This document shows positions 48,337 to 57,227 of a DNA stretch of 59,401 bases, piece by piece. The position numbers and the translations under genes were made by a program. The notes below the pieces were generated by a model. That model did no database searches and was not told where the DNA came from. It was given only the letters and a program-made list of their open reading frames with translations. The stretch is from an uncultured virus (IMG/VR IMGVR_UViG_3300002131_000106) (taxonomy: Duplodnaviria; Heunggongvirae; Uroviricota; Caudoviricetes). Position 1 is the first letter of the stretch. The number at the start of each line of letters is the position of its first letter. The stretch lies in IMG/VR virus record IMGVR_UViG_3300002131_000106; one strand, given 5' to 3'.

Positions 48337-48783
48337 ATGAATAGAGAATCAGTATACGAACAACTAAAAATAGATGAGGGCGTAGTATATGAACTATATA
48401 ACGATCATCTCGGATATGCGACATTTGGTGTCGGGCATTTGGTTAAGGAAAGTGACCCGGAGCACGGAAGTTCGCTCGGAACTCCCGTCTCAGAAGAAAG
48501 AGTTAGAGAGTGCTTCGAATCAGACCTCAACACGGCGATCTCAGAGTGTAACGCTCTATACGGAGAAGGGACATTTGCAGACTACCCAGCTACAGTCCAG
48601 GAAGTCTTGGTCAACATGATGTTTAATATGGGCCGAGGTAGACTTGGTGGATTCAAGAACTTTAGAGTTGCATTGGATGAAGGCAACTGGTCGAAGGCTG
48701 CTTCAGAAGGACGAGATAGCAAATGGCATAAACAAGTAGGTTCCCGAGCAGAAAGACTTATGTCTCGAATAGAAAATATATAA
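48337..48783 (+). CDS. T4-type lysozyme (GH24) endolysin
   Basis: LKIDEG, YND.LG..TFGVGH, NMMFNMG, DSKW.KQV..RA.RL. Confidence 0.88.
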   Translation: MNRESVYEQLKIDEGVVYELYNDHLGYATFGVGHLVKESDPEHGSSLGTPVSEERVRECFESDLNTAISECNALYGEGTFADYPATVQEVLVNMMFNMGRGRLGGFKNFRVALDEGNWSKAASEGRDSKWHKQVGSRAERLMSRIENI

Positions 48784-48786
48784 ATA
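48779..48786 (+). promoter_or_regulatory. late promoter TATAAATA
   Basis: exact consensus before the 48809-52659 gene run. Confidence 0.7.
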
Positions 48787-48808
48787 ATATAACAACAGGA
48801 ATAAAAAA

Positions 48809-49060
48809 ATGGCATCAGTAACGAAATTATTAGGCACAGAATCTAACCTTGCTACAGCAACTGCAGTAGGTCTTAAGCCTTTGGTCAGAGTACATAACAC
48901 AGGAGCAGCAGGCGCAGTAACTCATAAAAATGCAGCTGGTGTAGTTATTGGGAGTGTAACTCTTGTAGCTAATGAAGTTATGAATATCCAAAAGGCACCA
49001 AGCGATACATTGGAAGGCGGAGCAGCTTTCTTAGCAGTACCGATCGCATATACAAACTAA
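48809..49060 (+). CDS. small beta-rich hypothetical protein
   Basis: AGGA RBS; LVRVHN..IGSVTL. Confidence 0.7.
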   Translation: MASVTKLLGTESNLATATAVGLKPLVRVHNTGAAGAVTHKNAAGVVIGSVTLVANEVMNIQKAPSDTLEGGAAFLAVPIAYTN

Positions 49061-49080
49061 AAGTCCCGGAGCATTATATC

Positions 49081-49641
49081 ATGTTAAGATTATTTATTAT
49101 TACTATATCATTATTAGGTTTAAGTTCAGCTTGGGCCCAAGACGGAGTGGATGATACGATTAGAACGGACTCTATAACAAATAGCACAATTAATTCAAAG
49201 TCAGATTCTACTACTACATTGAAATCGCCGCCGGCCTCTGCGATTACACCAACTATTAATACGTCTAACTCAGACCTATGTACATTTGGTGTTGCAGGAG
49301 CTATTCAAACTCAGATACTTGGTATCTCAACTGGTACTCAGGTGACTGATGAGAATTGTGAGCGGTTAAAGCTTGCAAAGACCCTGTATGATATGGGAAT
49401 GAAAGTAGCGGCAGTATCTACAATGTGTCAAGATAGAAGAGTATTTGATGCAATGATGAACGCTGGTACTCCATGCCCATTTGATGGTATGATAGGTCCT
49501 GAAGCAAAAGCAGCATGGGAAGTAAATGCTGAACAGCAGCCAGGTGGTGTAGATAAACAAGATGAGGAAATGAGCAATGGCACTAAGACAATGCTTGGGG
49601 GCGCTGGCGTTGCTAGTTTGCTCCTCTTACTCATACTCTGA
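49081..49641 (+). CDS. exported Cys-containing protein with C-terminal membrane anchor
   Basis: signal ..SAWA; four Cys; tail GGAGVASLLLLLIL. Confidence 0.7.
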   Translation: MLRLFIITISLLGLSSAWAQDGVDDTIRTDSITNSTINSKSDSTTTLKSPPASAITPTINTSNSDLCTFGVAGAIQTQILGISTGTQVTDENCERLKLAKTLYDMGMKVAAVSTMCQDRRVFDAMMNAGTPCPFDGMIGPEAKAAWEVNAEQQPGGVDKQDEEMSNGTKTMLGGAGVASLLLLLIL

Positions 49642-50443
49642 AGAAGTATTTGGTTCAACAACCAATGCAGCTTCGGCTGGTTATAATTGGGTTATGACTA
49701 ACCTCCTACCTGCGCAAGCGGGTTTACAAGTAAATGGAGTAGTGTATCGCTACACAGCAGTAAAGAATACGGATGATGATATGGTTGTCCATGTTCAGAA
49801 TGAGAATGCTAGAGGCGCTGGTTATATATTTCGATCTAGTGATGATTGGTCTGGTCTACCTGGTAATACAATCAATAAGGTAGTGCCGGTCAACAATGTT
49901 GACATATCGTATTGGGGAAATGGTTCAATACAGGTTGATGGTTTTGGTACAGTGGAAGATGCTAGGGTAGTGTATACGTATCAGTTTGATCCTTGCTTTG
50001 ATCCTCAATCAAACCCCACATGTGCTGGATATATTGTACCCATAGATTATGCTGCAGAAGAAATTGCTTATGAAGAAGATCAAAGCTATATCCAGGATGA
50101 GCTAGATCGAAAGCAGACATTGCAAGATGAAGAAGACCAAGAAGAGACAGATAGAAAAACTCTTATAGCACGGAAGAAAAAAGAAAGCGACGAACGGCTT
50201 GAGGTTCTATTAGGTCTTGTTAATACAACGGAGCTTTCACAGGATCAATTATTAAAGCATTCAGAGTTAACATTAACTAATAGTTTTTCTTCTTCATATT
50301 ATAATAATATACAAGGAGGTAATTATAAAGAGACGCTTGCGTTAATCGACAATAAACTTCCTGATAGCAATAAAGGTTTGAGAGTTAATTTGGCAACTCA
50401 GATCCTACACCAGAAGTTGGTGGATCTACAGTATGATAATTAA
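49577..50443 (+). CDS. exported hypothetical protein
   Basis: signal ..SYSYS; DPCFDPQSNPTC; acidic helical C half. Confidence 0.7.
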   Translation: MALRQCLGALALLVCSSYSYSEEVFGSTTNAASAGYNWVMTNLLPAQAGLQVNGVVYRYTAVKNTDDDMVVHVQNENARGAGYIFRSSDDWSGLPGNTINKVVPVNNVDISYWGNGSIQVDGFGTVEDARVVYTYQFDPCFDPQSNPTCAGYIVPIDYAAEEIAYEEDQSYIQDELDRKQTLQDEEDQEETDRKTLIARKKKESDERLEVLLGLVNTTELSQDQLLKHSELTLTNSFSSSYYNNIQGGNYKETLALIDNKLPDSNKGLRVNLATQILHQKLVDLQYDN

Positions 50444-50478
50444 ACTAACCAGCAAGCTTATAAAGGAGAACATATAAG

Positions 50479-50979
50479 ATGTTCAAGAAAACACTTATTG
50501 CAGCATTGGTTTGTTCGGTTCCTAGTATATCATTAGGTGCAGAACTTCCAATCGCTGGCACTGTAGAATCTAAATGTATAGTGCAAACAGACACATTGGG
50601 AGTATATGGTAACCCATCACCAAACACTCTTAGTACAGACCCGATTGATGGTGGTGTAACCCCTATCATTCGATTTGATGTTATTCAAGCTAACTATTAT
50701 AAAGCCCGTATTATTACGCCGAATTCTTTTACACAAAGTCCATCTCTAAGTGATGTAGTAACTTGGACTGGTGTAGTTGCTGTTGGCGAAGTATCAGACA
50801 CTCAAATGTCTGCATACTCTAGTGCTTTGGTTTTATATGATAACGTAACTGAGGTTGATCTAACTGTCGCAGGAAGTACTTGGTTTGATGTATCTTCAGA
50901 GGCTAACTATGGATTCGACACAGCACTACCCGCCGGCACATATCGTGCTGTCGTAAGTGCCGAATGCATTGCGCTATAA
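50479..50979 (+). CDS. exported fimbrial/pilin-like subunit (Csu/SCPU-like)
   Basis: signal; I.GTV.SKC N-terminal strand; LPAGTY.A.V...C C-terminal strand; AAGGAG RBS. Confidence 0.6.
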   Translation: MFKKTLIAALVCSVPSISLGAELPIAGTVESKCIVQTDTLGVYGNPSPNTLSTDPIDGGVTPIIRFDVIQANYYKARIITPNSFTQSPSLSDVVTWTGVVAVGEVSDTQMSAYSSALVLYDNVTEVDLTVAGSTWFDVSSEANYGFDTALPAGTYRAVVSAECIAL

Positions 50980-50983
50980 TATT

Positions 50984-51355
50984 ATGCGATATATTATGGT
51001 ATTACTATTGTTTGTTAGTGGGTACGCAAGTGCCCACCAATGGACTCCTACATATCCGGTATTAAAACCTTCTTATGCTTCTGGAATATTAGTTGCTAAT
51101 ATGGAATTATTTAATAGCAGAAAGGATATTGAATATTATGAGATTGGAATATTCGATAAAGATTTCATTGCTGTTCCGTTTGCTACTGAGGCAAGGATAA
51201 TAAACCTTCCTTACTTAGGAAGAAAAAAGATTGACGTATTCATCAGAGATAAGGACAGATATAAAGCAGTATACGTTTGTTCAAAATCCAAGTTGATTGC
51301 AAAAGGATCTGCGATCACCTCTATATCATCAAGGATATGTTCTAAAATTAAATGA
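50984..51355 (+). CDS. exported protein, possible pilus chaperone-like Ig domain
   Basis: signal ..YASA; WTPTYP, MELFNSR, YYEI; two Cys. Confidence 0.5.
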   Translation: MRYIMVLLLFVSGYASAHQWTPTYPVLKPSYASGILVANMELFNSRKDIEYYEIGIFDKDFIAVPFATEARIINLPYLGRKKIDVFIRDKDRYKAVYVCSKSKLIAKGSAITSISSRICSKIK

Positions 51356-51364
51356 GCAAATGAA

Positions 51365-51793
51365 ATGAGATTGTTTTTTATAATAATGATGATGGTTATA
51401 AGCATGGGGTCAAGAGCAGATTCTAGTTCATTGAACCTTGCAATACCCCAGTCACAACAAAGTTATCAGTCAGATAGAATACGAGCTGGCGATTTGGAAT
51501 GTCAAAATGCTATAGGATCGGCTACAAATGTAGAGTTTGGTGTGGTTGGAATACTTAGCCAAAATGACCCGTTTTCTAATGGAGCATACTTAGACCCTAA
51601 TTATGACTACGGTAGTAGTAACTTGATTAAGGACGTTGGGGTATATGCAAAGATTACTATACCAATTGGAGCGCCTAAAGAAAGATTGAACTGCAATACA
51701 TTGTATCTTTTAGAGCTTGAGAAAAAGAGATTAGAGGTACAAAAACTAAAAGCTGAGATCCAAAGTCTCAGAGAACTTAAGTTCGAGAATTAA
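51365..51793 (+). CDS. exported hypothetical protein with C-terminal coiled coil
   Basis: signal ..GSRA; GVYAKITIPIG beta strand; two Cys. Confidence 0.7.
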   Translation: MRLFFIIMMMVISMGSRADSSSLNLAIPQSQQSYQSDRIRAGDLECQNAIGSATNVEFGVVGILSQNDPFSNGAYLDPNYDYGSSNLIKDVGVYAKITIPIGAPKERLNCNTLYLLELEKKRLEVQKLKAEIQSLRELKFEN

Positions 51794-51796
51794 GAT

Positions 51797-52273
51797 ATGG
51801 CAGAAGAAGAAGATAAGACCACAATAGAATTTGGCGGAATGTCGTTCACTGGGGGTAAAGCAATGGTGCTTGTTACCGCGCTATCTACCCTAGGAGGTGC
51901 TAGTTGGGGCGCCTTTGAATTTTACGCCGACTATATGAACATGAAAGAGATCATACAGAACATCGATACAGATGCTATAGCTGCTCGTAACGATGTGATC
52001 GAAACCAAACTTGACGAAGCAATAGATTACTCTCGTAGTATTAAGAACGACCTGCGTGACGACTTTAATCGTATGGAAAAGAACGTAGACCGTATTGAAG
52101 ATCAGAACCGCAATATGCAAGACGAGGTTAGGGAGATGATTGATAAAGCTGGGGATAGGTTTGACAACAAACGAGAGAGCCTACAACTAGACACAGAGAT
52201 AAAAATGAACTCTCTTGAAGATAGACTACAGAAACAGATTCAGACAGTGTTAGATAATCCTTTGGCGGATTAA
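51797..52273 (+). CDS. membrane-anchored coiled-coil protein
   Basis: N-terminal TM, long heptad pattern, ends LDNPLAD. Confidence 0.7.
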   Translation: MAEEEDKTTIEFGGMSFTGGKAMVLVTALSTLGGASWGAFEFYADYMNMKEIIQNIDTDAIAARNDVIETKLDEAIDYSRSIKNDLRDDFNRMEKNVDRIEDQNRNMQDEVREMIDKAGDRFDNKRESLQLDTEIKMNSLEDRLQKQIQTVLDNPLAD

Positions 52274-52275
52274 TT

Positions 52276-52659
52276 ATGGCTTATTCAGAACAAGTAATGG
52301 ATCATTACAACAACCCACGCAATGTGGGCAAGTTAGATAAAGAGTCAGACTCGGTTGGTTCCGGAATGGTAGGTGCTCCCGCGTGTGGTGACGTCATGCT
52401 ATTACAAATACAGGTGAACAACGATGGAATTATCGAAGATGCTAAATTTAAAACCTACGGATGCGGAAGTGCTATCGCTTCTTCCAGCTTGCTTACCGAA
52501 TGGGTTAAAGGTCTCAGTCTTGATGAAGCTGGGAATATTAGAAACACCGAGCTCGCTGAAGAGCTCGCCCTCCCTCCAGTCAAGATCCACTGTAGTGTCC
52601 TTGCAGAAGATGCGATCAAAGCTGCGATAAAGGATTACCGCAGTAAGCATATTTTATAA
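52276..52659 (+). CDS. iscU: Fe-S cluster scaffold protein IscU
   Basis: DHYNNPRNVG, APACGD, GCGSAIASSS, LPPVKIHCS. Confidence 0.96.
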   Translation: MAYSEQVMDHYNNPRNVGKLDKESDSVGSGMVGAPACGDVMLLQIQVNNDGIIEDAKFKTYGCGSAIASSSLLTEWVKGLSLDEAGNIRNTELAEELALPPVKIHCSVLAEDAIKAAIKDYRSKHIL

Positions 52660-52701
52660 ATAGTTATAACCAGTAGTTATTGTAAATCATATCTTTATGA
52701 A

Positions 52702-52762
52702 TAAATGTCATAGGTTATTTTCACCTAGGGGGGTTAACGTAGGGGGTATTACGCGGTATAAT
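52702..52762 (+). promoter_or_regulatory. promoter with upstream TCATAGGTTATTTTCA box
   Basis: box then G6 TTAACG N17 TATAAT. Confidence 0.7.
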
Positions 52763-52779
52763 ACTCTAACATAAACCAA

Positions 52780-53001
52780 ATGAGATATATGATTATGAGA
52801 AACTTTATCACTCTTAGAAGCCTTTTAGTTACTAATGCGGATAACGTTGAGATTGACCTTAACTATAAAGAAGCACAGTTAGCCTTATTGAACACCAAAG
52901 AGTCTATGACCATGTTCGATAGCATGCTCAACGAGCGCTTGGGTGTAAAAGTTCTGGGATATTATGCTGTACAGTCTATTGACATAGGCGTTACATCTTA
53001 A
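52780..53001 (+). CDS. hypothetical protein
   Basis: ORF after promoter; start uncertain. Confidence 0.6.
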   Translation: MRYMIMRNFITLRSLLVTNADNVEIDLNYKEAQLALLNTKESMTMFDSMLNERLGVKVLGYYAVQSIDIGVTS

Positions 53002-53052
53002 TATTGATATATGAGAAATTTTCATATAAAAGGGATTCCAAATGAAAATATA

Positions 53053-53107
53053 TCATAGGTTATTTTCATTTGGGGGGGTTCTTTCACTGTCTAGGATATG
53101 GTATAAT
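53053..53107 (+). promoter_or_regulatory. promoter with upstream TCATAGGTTATTTTCA box
   Basis: box then G7 TTCTTT N17 TATAAT. Confidence 0.7.
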
Positions 53108-53140
53108 ACTCCCATATTAAACAGATTAGGTCATAAAGCT

Positions 53141-53554
53141 ATGATTATTGAAATTGAAGGGCGTCATAAGCACAAGGATGTAGTTAACGTTTACTTAGGA
53201 AATCTATGTAGATCTTTAAAGCTTAACCGCTTACAAAGGTTGATCTTAATTAAGTTTAAAAGTCGTCTAGATAATGATGCACAGGGCCTGTGCGAAGGGG
53301 AGGAAAGTTATGCTCAGATTTCTATCGGGACTAAGAACGCTCCATTCCTTCTCCAAATGCAGGCTCTTGCCCATGAGATGGTACATGCTAAACAGTTCCT
53401 CCGAGGAGAATTAACCTCTATCGGTGTCTTTAAATGGAAAGGACGAAACGCTGAAAACTATGCCTATATTAACCAGCCATGGGAAAAAGAGGCCTATAGG
53501 ATGGAGCGAGAATTATTCCTAGATTGCTTTCCCTTTGAAATGTACGATGCATAA
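53141..53554 (+). CDS. putative zinc metallopeptidase (HEXXH)
   Basis: LAHEMVH.KQ, PWE.EA; start placed after the promoter. Confidence 0.7.
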   Translation: MIIEIEGRHKHKDVVNVYLGNLCRSLKLNRLQRLILIKFKSRLDNDAQGLCEGEESYAQISIGTKNAPFLLQMQALAHEMVHAKQFLRGELTSIGVFKWKGRNAENYAYINQPWEKEAYRMERELFLDCFPFEMYDA

Positions 53555-54083
53555 GTCAGCGATATCCATAGCGTTTCTACTGATAGGGGTAGGAGCTATA
53601 ACAAAGGTATCTGAAGACCCCTTAATCCCGGTAATAGCCCCAATCGTTAAAGAAGAAATGAACTGTCTAGCCCTTAACATATACCACGAGGCCCGAGGAG
53701 AAATACTAGCGGGCAAGGTAGCCGTCGCAGATGTAGTCTTAAATAGAGTTAAGGATAAAAGATATCCAGATACTATTTGCGGGGTTATCTATCAGGGTAA
53801 GTTATCTTCGTGGTGGCTAGACCAGGGTAAGGAAGTGCCTATTTTTAACCAGTGCCAGTTTTCTTGGTACTGTGATGGGGTACATGATAAGCCATTGAAT
53901 AATAAAGCCTGGGAGGAATCAAAAAATATTGCCAAAAACATTATTATTAATGGTTCTTATATAGGGATAACAGAAGGGGCTACACATTACCATGCTTCAT
54001 ATGTTAAACCTTATTGGTCTACCAGTAGGAAGATGAAGCTCACTGCCAAGATTGGCGACCACATTTTTTATAAGCAAAAATAG
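53547..54083 (+). CDS. cell wall hydrolase, SleB family
   Basis: CLALNIYHEARGE, VLNRV, QFSW, GATHYH, IGDHIFY. Confidence 0.9.
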   Translation: MHKSAISIAFLLIGVGAITKVSEDPLIPVIAPIVKEEMNCLALNIYHEARGEILAGKVAVADVVLNRVKDKRYPDTICGVIYQGKLSSWWLDQGKEVPIFNQCQFSWYCDGVHDKPLNNKAWEESKNIAKNIIINGSYIGITEGATHYHASYVKPYWSTSRKMKLTAKIGDHIFYKQK

Positions 54084-54101
54084 CATATACTTCCCTATAC
54101 C

Positions 54102-54167
54102 TATAACTAAATGTCATAGGTTATTTTCACACAGGGGGTATACAACCAGGCTAAACCACGATATAAT
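54102..54167 (+). promoter_or_regulatory. promoter with upstream TCATAGGTTATTTTCA box
   Basis: 28-bp identity with 16401-16428; G5 TATACA N17 TATAAT. Confidence 0.7.
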
Positions 54168-54200
54168 ACTCCCATACCAAACACAAAAAGGAACAAGATC

Positions 54201-54356
54201 ATGAAATTATTAATTGGTTTAATTGGGGGTTTTTTGGTGATGGGCTCAGTCGGTTCATTAGAAACAGATGTTATGTCTATCACGCAGACACTTGGTTTTG
54301 CAATTTCTGGGCTTGGTCTAGTTTTATATGTTTTAATGAGTGAGGAACTTGTGTAA
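54201..54356 (+). CDS. small two-TM protein (51 aa)
   Basis: AAGGA RBS; hydrophobic; read by eye. Confidence 0.6.
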   Translation: MKLLIGLIGGFLVMGSVGSLETDVMSITQTLGFAISGLGLVLYVLMSEELV

Positions 54357-54559
54357 TGATTATCGAACGAGTAAGCCCTGTAACAGGCAAAAAGAATACC
54401 ATGGAATTACCTATAAACGAGGATCAGCTTCTCCACTATACTGGTGGCATGCTTGCTCAAAAGGCTTTCCCTGGTTTAAGTTTAGCAGAAAGGGAATTCC
54501 TTATTTCTGGCTGCACCCCTGCCTGCTGGGACTCAATATTTCCAGAAGAAGAGGAATAA
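54356..54559 (+). CDS. hypothetical protein
   Basis: AFP.LS..EREFLISG.TP..WD. Confidence 0.7.
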   Translation: MIIERVSPVTGKKNTMELPINEDQLLHYTGGMLAQKAFPGLSLAEREFLISGCTPACWDSIFPEEEE

Positions 54560-54563
54560 GAAT

Positions 54564-54869
54564 ATGTCAATAGATCGTATGCAAATGATTAAAGAAGCTG
54601 CTCGAAATGCTGCTCGTAAAAAGCAGTCTAAAGTGGAAATGAAAAGACTTATAAAAGGACTTGACCAAAGGAAAAAAGAAAAGAAAGAAGAAATGAGAGT
54701 ACACAAGAAGCTCTCAACTGCAGCAAAGAAAGAAGGGGATCAAGCCCCAGGATCTTTGGATTGCTTTAAGGAAGAAAACATGTACTATTCCGAAAAGGAA
54801 ATAGCTAGCTATTTGGAAGGTACCTCTTATATGGAAACTTGGCAATCTATGAAAAATGATTGGGATTAG
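54564..54869 (+). CDS. hypothetical basic protein
   Basis: GAGGA RBS. Confidence 0.65.
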   Translation: MSIDRMQMIKEAARNAARKKQSKVEMKRLIKGLDQRKKEKKEEMRVHKKLSTAAKKEGDQAPGSLDCFKEENMYYSEKEIASYLEGTSYMETWQSMKNDWD

Positions 54870-54880
54870 AGGAACACAAA

Positions 54881-55087
54881 ATGAATTACATGATAATTGA
54901 GTCAATGGAAAGAGATGGAAGAAAGTCTGAGGTTGTCCGGTCTTTAGGAGAGGAGCCTTATACATGGGGAATTAGAATGTATCAGGGGGATAACTACCTA
55001 GGCATAGAATGGTTCCAGGGTAAGGCAATGAATTATGCTAGGGATGCTGCAGAGAATTTTGCACTGGGAATTAAAAAGTTCCCATAG
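54881..55087 (+). CDS. hypothetical protein
   Basis: GAGGA RBS; YARDAAENF..G. Confidence 0.6.
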   Translation: MNYMIIESMERDGRKSEVVRSLGEEPYTWGIRMYQGDNYLGIEWFQGKAMNYARDAAENFALGIKKFP

Positions 55088-55121
55088 GGGGGTTTACATT
55101 AGTATCCATATATGGTATAAT
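55087..55121 (+). promoter_or_regulatory. early promoter
   Basis: G6 TTTACA N17 TATAAT. Confidence 0.8.
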
Positions 55122-55140
55122 AGCTACATAAACAACAAAG

Positions 55141-56328
55141 GTGAAAGATATGGCTAGACCAAGTAAAACAGAAGGCGATCGATTAAGAGCAAGCCTTCGT
55201 AAAAATAGAGTAAGCATTGATGATACTCACGCTGGGGTAGAGCCTATCTTTTTGCCTGAGAATGCTCCAAAGGATGATAAGGAGTACCAGAGCATTTGGG
55301 CTTCTGCTGCTAATTGGTATAACTATTATTATTCCTCCAATGATTACATCCCTTCTATAATGAAGTATGCCCAAAAGAATTTGGGATATGATAAAGACCA
55401 ATTAGCAGCCTTAAAGAAACATCCTGATTGGACTTTATCTATTCCTATCGGTAAGCTCTGTGTGATTGCTATGAGAGGCTTAGAGCCAAGGGATAAAGAT
55501 AAAGAAGAGATCAAATCTGTTCTAAACGGTCTTTTAGAATCCTCGCAGCTTCTAGAGGAACTAGAACCCGACCAAGATAAGCCAGTGGTTATTTCTATTC
55601 AACAAAGAACCCGTCATAAAGTACTTAATACAGTATATCAAGACTGGGAAGATTCTGTTGTGGATCAGTGGTCAGAAGGTAACTTTAAGGTAGATTTCGA
55701 AGCTTACTTATTGTTTAAAAAGCATGATCTAAAAAGCAATGCTATAGAGGTCTTTAAGGACATACTTAAGCAAGACCATGATGCGATCTTGGATGCATAC
55801 AATAATGCCTGTGAGCAAGCCGTAGAGGCGTACTCGCACATTAAAAGAACAGATCTTAAGAAGATGCTAGCTACCTTTGAAAAGGCCTATGCTGATCTAG
55901 ACCAGTTTAAATCAGCCGCTAAGGCCACTAGAATACCTAAGGCTAAAAAGCCTAAGGCTTCAGACAAGCAGATAGAAAAACTAGCCTATAAGAAAGAAGA
56001 TATTGATTCTAAGCTGGTCTCGATCTCTCCTGTCCTTATACCAGGTCAGCACAGACTTTATGTCTATAATGTAGAGGAAAAAAAGCTGACCGAGTTTGTT
56101 AGTAGCTCCACTAAGGGCTTCGAGGTTAACGGTTCTACCTTAAAGAATATTGATACTAATTTAAGCAGGGTAACCAAGCTAAGAAAACCAGAGGAGATCA
56201 TACCACTCATTCAGAAAAAGACTATTAAACAAATAGACAAGGTGTGGGCAGGGCTCACTACCAAGATAAACATTCCAACCGGAAGGATTAACAAGCACTG
56301 CATTCTATTGAGGGTAACAAATGATTGA
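55141..56328 (+). CDS. conserved T4-like hypothetical protein upstream of gp33
   Basis: NWYNY, L.VYN, LRKPEE, GRIN..ILLR. Confidence 0.75.
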   Translation: MKDMARPSKTEGDRLRASLRKNRVSIDDTHAGVEPIFLPENAPKDDKEYQSIWASAANWYNYYYSSNDYIPSIMKYAQKNLGYDKDQLAALKKHPDWTLSIPIGKLCVIAMRGLEPRDKDKEEIKSVLNGLLESSQLLEELEPDQDKPVVISIQQRTRHKVLNTVYQDWEDSVVDQWSEGNFKVDFEAYLLFKKHDLKSNAIEVFKDILKQDHDAILDAYNNACEQAVEAYSHIKRTDLKKMLATFEKAYADLDQFKSAAKATRIPKAKKPKASDKQIEKLAYKKEDIDSKLVSISPVLIPGQHRLYVYNVEEKKLTEFVSSSTKGFEVNGSTLKNIDTNLSRVTKLRKPEEIIPLIQKKTIKQIDKVWAGLTTKINIPTGRINKHCILLRVTND

Positions 56329-56554
56329 ACAGAAAATAATGACCAAGAAAAGGTTCTCGACAGCAGTAGAGCTTATGGTCTTAAAGGATGGGGTATCATA
56401 CCTAGATGCCATGACAGAAATAGTAGAGGATAGAGGGTTGGATTATGCTAATATACCCCGGCTACTCACAGATTCTCTTAAGGATAAGATCGAGGCAGAA
56501 GCTAATAAGTATAATCTATTACGAACTCCAGGAGGTAATACCCTACCATTATGA
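56321..56554 (+). CDS. gp33: late transcription coactivator (gp33-like)
   Basis: FS..VE..SYLDA..L..KIEAEA..NLL; synteny with gp59-gp32. Confidence 0.85.
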   Translation: MIEQKIMTKKRFSTAVELMVLKDGVSYLDAMTEIVEDRGLDYANIPRLLTDSLKDKIEAEANKYNLLRTPGGNTLPL

Positions 56555-57159
56555 GTGCTGATCCCTATGCTTCATATCAACTATATAATGCGCTTAAGCT
56601 TCATTTTGAAACCCCTAGCTATGATGCTATCAAGTATAACTTTAAGACCTCTGTTAACCCGAAATCCTTTCTTAAAAGGAAAGATAAGTATTTCTTTGCC
56701 AAGTTAGCTAAAAAGCATACTGATGATCTAATGATGTATTACGTATCCAATTTTAAGTTAGGGTTGAGCTACGTTGGTGATATGATGGATGAGGACGGAG
56801 AAAGAAACTATAGGGATCATAAAAGAATTACGGAATCACTCCATAGAGTGTTTTCGATTGATATAAATACATTAGCTGAAGTAACAGAGAAAGACGATAT
56901 TAGCTTTGACGACTTATTCGTCGCTATTGATAATAGACACCCAATTGTTATAAAGCTATGGATGCAGGAAGAGATTAGTCTAGAGACTGTTGTTATTCTG
57001 AATTCCATTTTAGGGTTTATAGATCGAGAAAGCAAGAACATATCAGAGACTATCACATGGCCTGGTATTAAACGCCGTATCGAAAAGTATACCCCCTTTG
57101 TTAGGTTCGATAAAGATAAATGTTTAATTTTATTGAAAAAGAGGTTTACAAAGGATTGA
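56551..57159 (+). CDS. gp59: helicase loader (gp59-like)
   Basis: Y.ALKLHF..YD..KY, RKDKYFF.KL, ISLET; synteny. Confidence 0.85.
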   Translation: MSADPYASYQLYNALKLHFETPSYDAIKYNFKTSVNPKSFLKRKDKYFFAKLAKKHTDDLMMYYVSNFKLGLSYVGDMMDEDGERNYRDHKRITESLHRVFSIDINTLAEVTEKDDISFDDLFVAIDNRHPIVIKLWMQEEISLETVVILNSILGFIDRESKNISETITWPGIKRRIEKYTPFVRFDKDKCLILLKKRFTKD

Positions 57160-57173
57160 AAGTATGGTATAAT
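57143..57173 (+). promoter_or_regulatory. early promoter for gp32 (late TATAAATA also at 56862-56869)
   Basis: GG TTTACA N17 TATAAT. Confidence 0.75.
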
Positions 57174-57227
57174 ATACTATACAAAAAATACACTGTTAAT
57201 ATAATGCACACAAAAGGAAATATATAA

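Noticed and set aside
593..57056. Numerous minus-strand and out-of-frame ORFs in the track (e.g. 21169-21678, 27680-28189, 37494-37889, 38683-39045)
   Set aside because: They overlap well-supported + strand genes, lack RBS or motifs, and look like shadow ORFs
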